NCBI GenBank assembly: GCA_044892525.1
Contig: CM097886.1
Coordinates: 110,918,001 to 110,982,000, forward strand
Direction of reading: 5' to 3'
Length of the DNA: 64,000 nt
DNA from: Schmidtea polychroa
Lineage: Eukaryota
Shown piece by piece: positions 57,186 through 64,000 of this stretch. The notes under the pieces are model-generated. The model saw only the letters and a program-made list of their open reading frames with translations, searched no databases and was not told the DNA's origin. The translations under genes and the position numbers were made by a program. How positions within the stretch are numbered: the first letter of the stretch is position 1; every line of letters starts with the position of its first letter.

Positions 57186-57487
57186 CACGTTGACTGCCAC
57201 GCGTGTTTACAACAAAATCCCCGTCAGGCCACCGGCGCCACTGTAAGATGCGTGCTCTGCTACCGCATGTCTGTTTACATTTCTTTCGGTACTCTCAGCC
57301 TGATATCTATTACGATCCTCATTTATCACGTTATTACTCTGCACGAGCAGTTGTAATCTTTGCCGTGTACTGAGTAGTACAACTAATATCTCTGATGAGA
57401 ACTCTTGCTGTCACCCGAATACGGGTGACGTGGCCTGATGAGAACTTTTGCTGTCACCCGAATACGGGTGACACGGCAGTTAACGTG
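57186..57487. mobile_element. piggyBac-type MITE (302 bp)
   Basis: TTAA TSD on both sides; TIR CACGTT(G/A)ACTGCC with 12/13 match. Confidence 0.85.
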
Positions 57488-59211
57488 TTAAATATAATGC
57501 ATATTAATTTTAATTATTGTGGTAATATTTCAAAAAATCTACAATAAAAATTAATTTTTTATATTAAAAATTTGAAATGAGCGAAACATAAATAACCAAC
57601 TTTGAACAGTTTCTTTGGACAAAAACTTAAAACGCAACAAGAAGAAAATGTGCAAGTGCTGGAAACTAAGGAAAAACACATGGCTATTCCATCAACAGAA
57701 AAAAAAATGTTCAAAAAGAAGCATAATCCCCATTAATAAATTAGCCGAGTATTTGGACTGTATATATGTGGTTCGAAAAGAAAATAAATTATGCTTGGCT
57801 AAAATGCGATTCCGGAAAATTAGGATGTCTGAGTTGTTGGACTATTCAAAATTTAAGACCTTTAAAGACGCAGGCAGTAAGCATCTCAAAAGAATGGAGA
57901 GGTACTTCAGTTATCAGCTTATAGAAAGGATAAAGCCACACAACTAACTCCTTTGTGAAAAAACATTTACAAACATTGTAAAAGTTTTCACATACAACAG
58001 ATGATAGAATCTTAAAGGAAGCAAACAAGAAAAAGCTTGATATTATTGTAGATAAGTTGAAAGATTCAAAAATTTGTAGCACCAGTAAAGTTTTTAGAAC
58101 TGTTTATTGTATTTCTAAACCTAATTGTCCATATTCTGATCATTTTGATTTATTAAAACTTCAAGAAACGAATAGATCTACTATACCTCACGGATTACGA
58201 TCTAGATTCAGTGCTACAGAAGTAATTGATCATATAGGAATTCCAATAAAATCCAAATTTTATCAACAAATAGTAAGAGTTCAAGGAAACTTATCTATTA
58301 TCATAGATGAATCTACCACTTTAAGTAAAAATCTGGTCGATAAAGTTAAAGATCCCCATTTCCTGTTTCTTGATTTAATTGAATTGCTGGATCAAACAGC
58401 TAACACCTTAACAGAGGTTCTCCTACAATGTTTGGAAAAAATAATTTTGATGATAATTATTTAAAACACCATTTAATTTCATTTACAAGCGATGAGACCA
58501 GTGTAAGGATAAGAATCTGGAGTAGGAACAAGACTAACACAGAAATATCCGATTCTAATTACATGGCATTGTCTAAACAATCGACTCGAATTGTCGGTGG
58601 GAGATGCTATTTCTGAGGTTTATGGGGTTAACCATTTTCAAATATTTATGGACAAGTTATACTCCTTATAAAGTCAATCTCCGAAAAAGCAAAGTGAAAT
58701 TGAAACATGTGCAACTTCTCAGTGTAGAAATTAAACCTATTATTGTATATTTAACGTCAGATGCGTGGCCAGCTCCTTTAGGACTGTATCAGCAGTTTGG
58801 AAGAATTGGTCATCTTTATCTCATCATTTCGAAAATGCGAGTAAAGACAACAACCGCACTAAAACGGAACACTTCATGTTCAATGGATTATCTAAAAGAG
58901 TATCATTGAAACAATTTATTCAAGATTTGGCCTTAATGTATAATGTTCTGTTCGAGATATCTATTCTATCAGAAGCATTGCAAATAAGAGCAACTTCAAT
59001 GAAATATGCAGACAAATGGTTTCGCCGCACAATCACTTATTTAGAATATTTAAAAGATCCTCAGAAAGGAAAGAAGTCGTTGGAAGCAGTTTCTGCATGT
59101 CAAATAATGAAATTATCTTCAATTTCGTTGTCGGATAATAAAATGGCAAAATTGATTCACAGAAATCAATTCTTAATTATTATTATTAATATTATGAGGA
59201 ATAGACTAAAG

Positions 59212-59540
59212 CAGTAGTTCTGAACCCGTGTTCCGCGATTACGCTTCCAGTGTTCCGCGAAAAAATGACATTTTATCTTTAAATTTGCATTTAAAATACA
59301 TATCATCAAAAACCTCAATTAAGTTTTTTATAAGATGATTCAATAAGAAAGCCATTACACAGATATATAAACATACAAATATAAGAAAAGCATTATAAGA
59401 AAGCATTGTTTACGTTTACGACAGATTTATAGTAATTTGTGATTGATCACTCATTGTGGGCAAGTATTTTTTGTCAATGTTCCGCGTAAAAAAATCATGT
59501 GAATGGTGTTCTGTGCTTTTATATTAATTGAGAACCACTG
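59212..59540. mobile_element. Charlie-like hAT MITE (329 bp)
   Basis: CAGTAGTTCT...AGAACCACTG ends; degenerate 8-bp TSD GACTAAAG/GGCTAAAC; the host transposase reading continues across it. Confidence 0.75.
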
Positions 59541-60711
59541 GGCTAAACACTACATCTGCAAATTGTTCAGGTTCAGACGGACTTTTGACTTCCGACAGTT
59601 TCGACATTGTTAAAGAATTGCGAATTCTTGAACCAACCGAATGGCCATCTAAAATTTATATGGAATTTGAAGAAAAAGAAGTAGAATCTCTCTGCCAACG
59701 CTTTAGTTTACCTTTGGGGAAAATTTTAAATGCCTTTATAGATTACTTGGCTTGTGGTGGTCGTAACATTTCAGACGATTTGGAAACGTTAAAAAATATT
59801 CTAAAATTATAGCTTGCAGTTCTTCAAAATGCGAGCGTGGTTTTAGCAGCATGAATTTAATTGTAACGGAAAGAAGATCACGCATTTTAATTGATCATGT
59901 TGCAAATTTATTGTTTATAAAACTTCATGGACCACCCTTGGAATTTCGTAATCCAATTTTATACGTTAAAACCTTGTTGCGTTCTCATCGAAATCCTACT
60001 GACCAGCAAACTACAAGAGCAGAGTCAAATGATGAAATTGTGTGTGATCCTATTTGGGAGTTTTTGTAGTATTCTATAAGTGTACTACATAAAAATAATA
60101 ATATCTTTAAGATTCTTGTTTTTATCTTTTTCCGAATTTCTTATTTTTGTGTTTGTTAATATGTTGTATAGGAAGAATAAAAAAATAAAAAACTTACAAG
60201 GAAAACAATAATTTGCTTAAAATAAGATTATCTCCGAAAAACCTTTAGAAAGCTGCTTGTAGAAAGTCGCGGACTATTTTTCTCACATGCGTTCCGTTAC
60301 TTCTTATTTTATCAATACACCACTGTTGCCAAATGAATGCACCATTTGTGTAACCTATATACAACACCCCAAATCCATTACGAATGATCTTAGCTTGTTT
60401 GCAATATTTGTTACTTTGACATGATGAAATTAAATATGAAGAGTATAAAAAATAAAATCCTAAAACCAAAGTATTCCCGCCCCAAAAATTGAATCTCACT
60501 AATCTGATTTCGCAAAACTCATCAAAAATGCTCCACTGTTTCTACAAATTCATGAAACGGTAAGTTAGTAGCAATATTCATTTATGGCTTTAAATATTTT
60601 AAAAGTATTTTCTATTTTCATTTAATGAAGTTTTCAATATTCTTGAAAATAAAAGAAAATAACTTTTAAAGTTGTCTATGCATCGACGTTTGCATAAAAG
60701 CAAAACCTTAC

Positions 60712-62527
60712 TGAGGAATCAGAGGAGGAATCAGATTACTAGCTGATGTAATATTAGGAGATTTAGGAACTGTTGGAGCCAATCTAGTTGGAGGTATTTT
60801 CATTCCAGGAGGTGGTGGAGGCGCCCTCCTGTTACCTCCCGGAGAGGGCGGTGGCATTTGATTATATGAGGATGAATTTTCCGCCTGGAATAATAAATAG
60901 TCAAAACTATATTAGGAATAATAGTAAATAATGTATTAATCTTACATTGAGCCATTCATTGGTTACTGGCGGCGGAACAGGTGTTGAAATAGTACCAGTC
61001 GAAACCTCACTTATTATTTCCAATGCTTCTTTCATTGCATCATACATGCGTAACATTTCTTCCCGTTTTTGTAGCTCCTCTGCTGATTCTTCCATTAATG
61101 ATGTCTAGAATAAAGATTTATTAACAGTAAGAATAATTTATACATTTCACAAACATATTGTAAAGGTTTAAGCTCCTTGGGTTATGAAGTATCGAATACA
61201 AAAAGGATGCCAGAAATTAAAAGAGTTATTCATACTGGTACTTATAAAACCATGTATTTATAAATTGGAAATGGTTTGGATAAGAAAAATAAACAAAAAT
61301 AATGAAATAAAGAAATTGAAAGATTTAGAGTTTGAAAAGTAGATTATTAAGGAAATAGGAAAATGACAAAAAATAAACAGATTTGGAAGAAAGTGCAACG
61401 AATAATGTACATGAACTCCACACCCAATCAACTTTTTGTCTGATTGTATATTTACATGAAATATGTATAATGCTACATACATTGGAGATACTTACTGTTG
61501 TCATTGCACCGCAACTAAACTACACAATAATAAAAGAAAAGTAAAGATATTTTAATAAATAAATATTTTGTATTGCACAATAAACTTTGGAATATGTCAA
61601 TTTCAGTCTAGCTAATTTTTGTGCTTTGATTGTATTTAATATATTTTCGCAGGCCCATTAAAAAAAGAAACGAGAAAATGTCCGGATCTCTCACTGTATA
61701 AAAGATGTTCTTGGTTGATACAATGAAAGGGTCTCAGAAGAGGTTTCCTTGTGTTAACGGAGATAAATTGATGATTTTAATTTTAAATCAACATATGACT
61801 TGAAATTATTTTTTAGTTAAATTTGTAAACAAAGTTATACAATTTTCATATCCATAAATAAATTGAAGTTTTTATTTTATATATTTAATGACCATCTTAC
61901 CGGATCACCACATTGGTATAGCATAGGCAGCAGGTCACCACGGANNNNNNNNNNNNNNNNNNNNNNNNNNNNNNNNNNNNNNNNNNNNNNNNNNNNNNNN
62001 NNNNNNNNNNNNNNNNNNNNNNNNNNNNNNNNNNNNNNNNNNNNNNNNNNNNNNNNNNNNNNNNNNNNNNNNNNNNNNNNNNNNNNNNNNNNNNNTTACT
62101 ATCATATGCATAATAGTTTTGGGAACTAAGTCTCTTTGAGTTTTGTTAATTATTCTCATATATGATTCTACGAGATTGCGAATAGTTTCCACTTGTCGTT
62201 CCAAAACAGGATCTCCTTGAATTGAATTATCGGCTTCAGTATTATTCTAGAAATTAAATATACATAAACAATCAATCAATTTATTATTTTTTTTACAGAT
62301 TCACTCTCTTGTTTTACTGGGTAAATTCCGGCACGTAAAAACGAAGCTTTCCAACAGTCCATCAACTCTTGGCTTTCCGCTACTAATTCCAACTGTTTGT
62401 AATCTTTATAAACATTTTTCGAGTCGGGATTGAAAAGTGCGAAAATATACTTTTTCCCCCAGAATCCACTTTCCACGTCTCGAATTCGTAAACCTTCAAG
62501 AGGTAAGACAAATTTCACTTCCTTTTC
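60712..62527 (-). CDS. DNM: Dynamin 3' exons (PH end, GED, proline-rich domain): 62527-62297, 62246-(gap)-61901, 61104-60946, 60884-60712
   Basis: [19 protein letters not shown]...[42 protein letters not shown] and a Pro-rich tail; GT-AG junctions preserve frame. First and last exons not resolved. Confidence 0.93.
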
Positions 62528-63056
62528 CTGTTATCATACAATTCAAATGCTTAAAAATTATATTTAATTTTTTATTATGCAATTTTGTATATTTCTACTA
62601 AATAATATAACTCCTAGAATTATGAAAATATCAAAGCTATGTAAAGAATTTAATAGAATTTAGACTAATAAAATTAAAAAGAATGAAACTCACCAATATA
62701 ATGTACAGATTATTGTCATAAGTAAATTGACACCCAATAAAATATAAAAATGATTAAAATCATTACTAACATCACATTACAAGAACTACAATAAATTTAA
62801 ATTACAAAATTTACATTACCCTATCGTTAGTGGTTGTGCGTAAGCTTACTATGATTGGTAAGTATCTTTCCATTGGTTATATAACAGAGCTCATTTCCAC
62901 GTGTTTTCACACTTGTGTTAATCATGCCACACACTCCATGTGCCAGTGAGCTGTCAGATATTTTAAGAGGTCAAATTATTTGACAATGTGAAGCAGATAG
63001 ATCACAAAGAAACATTACGGCTGCTTTGCACGTGCGTCTGTCGAAAGTGAACAATA

Positions 63057-63450
63057 TTGTGTCAATTTAGTAATTTAGGGAATTCCAGTGTCAGCCTTTG
63101 TAGTGGACGACCAAAACCATTTCAGCGTTTTTTCTGGTCTATTAGACAAAGTCCTAAGTATAATCATCGTACAACAGCTGCCCAAAAATCTAAAGAAGCT
63201 GCTATATCTGTGTCTACTGTACGGTGTTATTTGAAAAGATTGGGATACTATGGTAGAGTACAAGATGAAAGCCACTTCTGACACCCAAGAATATTGCCAA
63301 TTGATTTTCCATGGCAAACGATATAAGTAAAAAGCTTCATTATCTCTGGGAACGTGTTATCTTTAATGATGAGAGTTCCTTCCAACAATTCTTCACTAGT
63401 GGTCCAAACCAACATCAGAAGCAAGTCTATTGGTCACCCTTCAAGCAATT
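63057..63450 (+). mobile_element. Tc1/mariner transposase remnant
   Basis: S.STVR..LKRLGYYGRV..KPLLT and W.RVIF.DESSF in broken frames. Confidence 0.7.
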
Positions 63451-64000
63451 CCAAAAGAAACTATAGCTTATTCATTCAATACCACAACGTGTAACTGTTC
63501 TTTTTAATTTTAATGGAAAATCTACCAGATATTAGAGAGTGAAATATAATCGCTTTCATGGATAAGACTCGGTTTTTTTCAAAGGTGTTAACAATTATAA
63601 TTTTTCTCGGGTGTCCATTTACTTATGACAATGCACTGTACATTCACGAATATGAGTAAATCACCATCATAGATTCATTATGAAAATATTGCATATATTA
63701 TTTCTTTGGTGGTTCTTTCTAATTATTATTGAAAATAACGTTTGATCCTTTTTATCACCTCTTGAAATTATTGGACCAGTTTCAATTAGTCCGTAATTAT
63801 AAGACATATCATTGCATGACCACAGAAATAGTAAAGAATAACAAATATATACTGCTCACAACTTAGTACTGATGAATGATGATCACTTTCACAAAAAAAA
63901 ACTTTGATTATCATAACTTTTTAATCACATATTCAAAGACTTCTAGATAAAAAAATAGAAAATAAATTACTTTTTTATACTCCTAATTTTTTCCTATTCG

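Larger units (their letters stand above)
56716..60325 (+). mobile_element. hAT element (KIAA1586-like transposase pseudogene, 3.6 kb) with two nested MITEs
   Basis: 13-bp TIR CAGTGGTGTATTG/CAATACACCACTG; fragments SIIIDESTT, HFLFLDLIEL, CERGFSSMNLI.T.RRS..L.DH...LLFIKLHGPP. Confidence 0.85.

Noticed and set aside
57392-57472. CTGATGA plus hairpin as a tandem hammerhead
   Set aside because: No GAAA after the stem, and the spacing does not fit the hammerhead core.

Overview
AT-rich eukaryotic (invertebrate-like) genomic window with three short N gaps. It is not prokaryotic: host genes have GT-AG introns as short as 42-61 nt. The main feature is a young, near-intact 15,175-bp Polinton/Maverick (adintovirus-type endogenous virus) at 4270-19444, with AGTAGT termini, ~262-bp TIRs and a perfect 6-bp TSD (GATATT), inserted into a dead hAT transposase. 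It carries major capsid, integrase, packaging ATPase (1-nt frameshift), adenain-like protease, penton, fiber-like, pX-like and protein-primed PolB genes. Unusual features of this element: (i) a non-coding left arm with two 73-nt tRNA-like units, a third weaker tRNA-like unit and several strong hairpins, suggesting a Pol III small-RNA cassette analogous to adenovirus VA RNAs; (ii) a parvovirus-type PLA2 fused in frame to the integrase; (iii) a stand-alone diverged paralog of the PolB C-terminal domain; (iv) TIRs that are themselves bounded by a 24-bp inverted repeat. The rest of the window holds two tandem minus-strand TRAF-like genes (RING-ZnF-coiled coil-MATH), 3' exons of a dynamin gene, and many transposon remnants (hAT, pogo, piggyBac, Merlin, Tc1, Gypsy, solo LTRs, Penelope-like elements with hammerhead ribozymes). 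A flatworm (planarian-like) host would fit, but the host cannot be determined from the sequence. All family calls come from motif recognition by eye; no searches were run.
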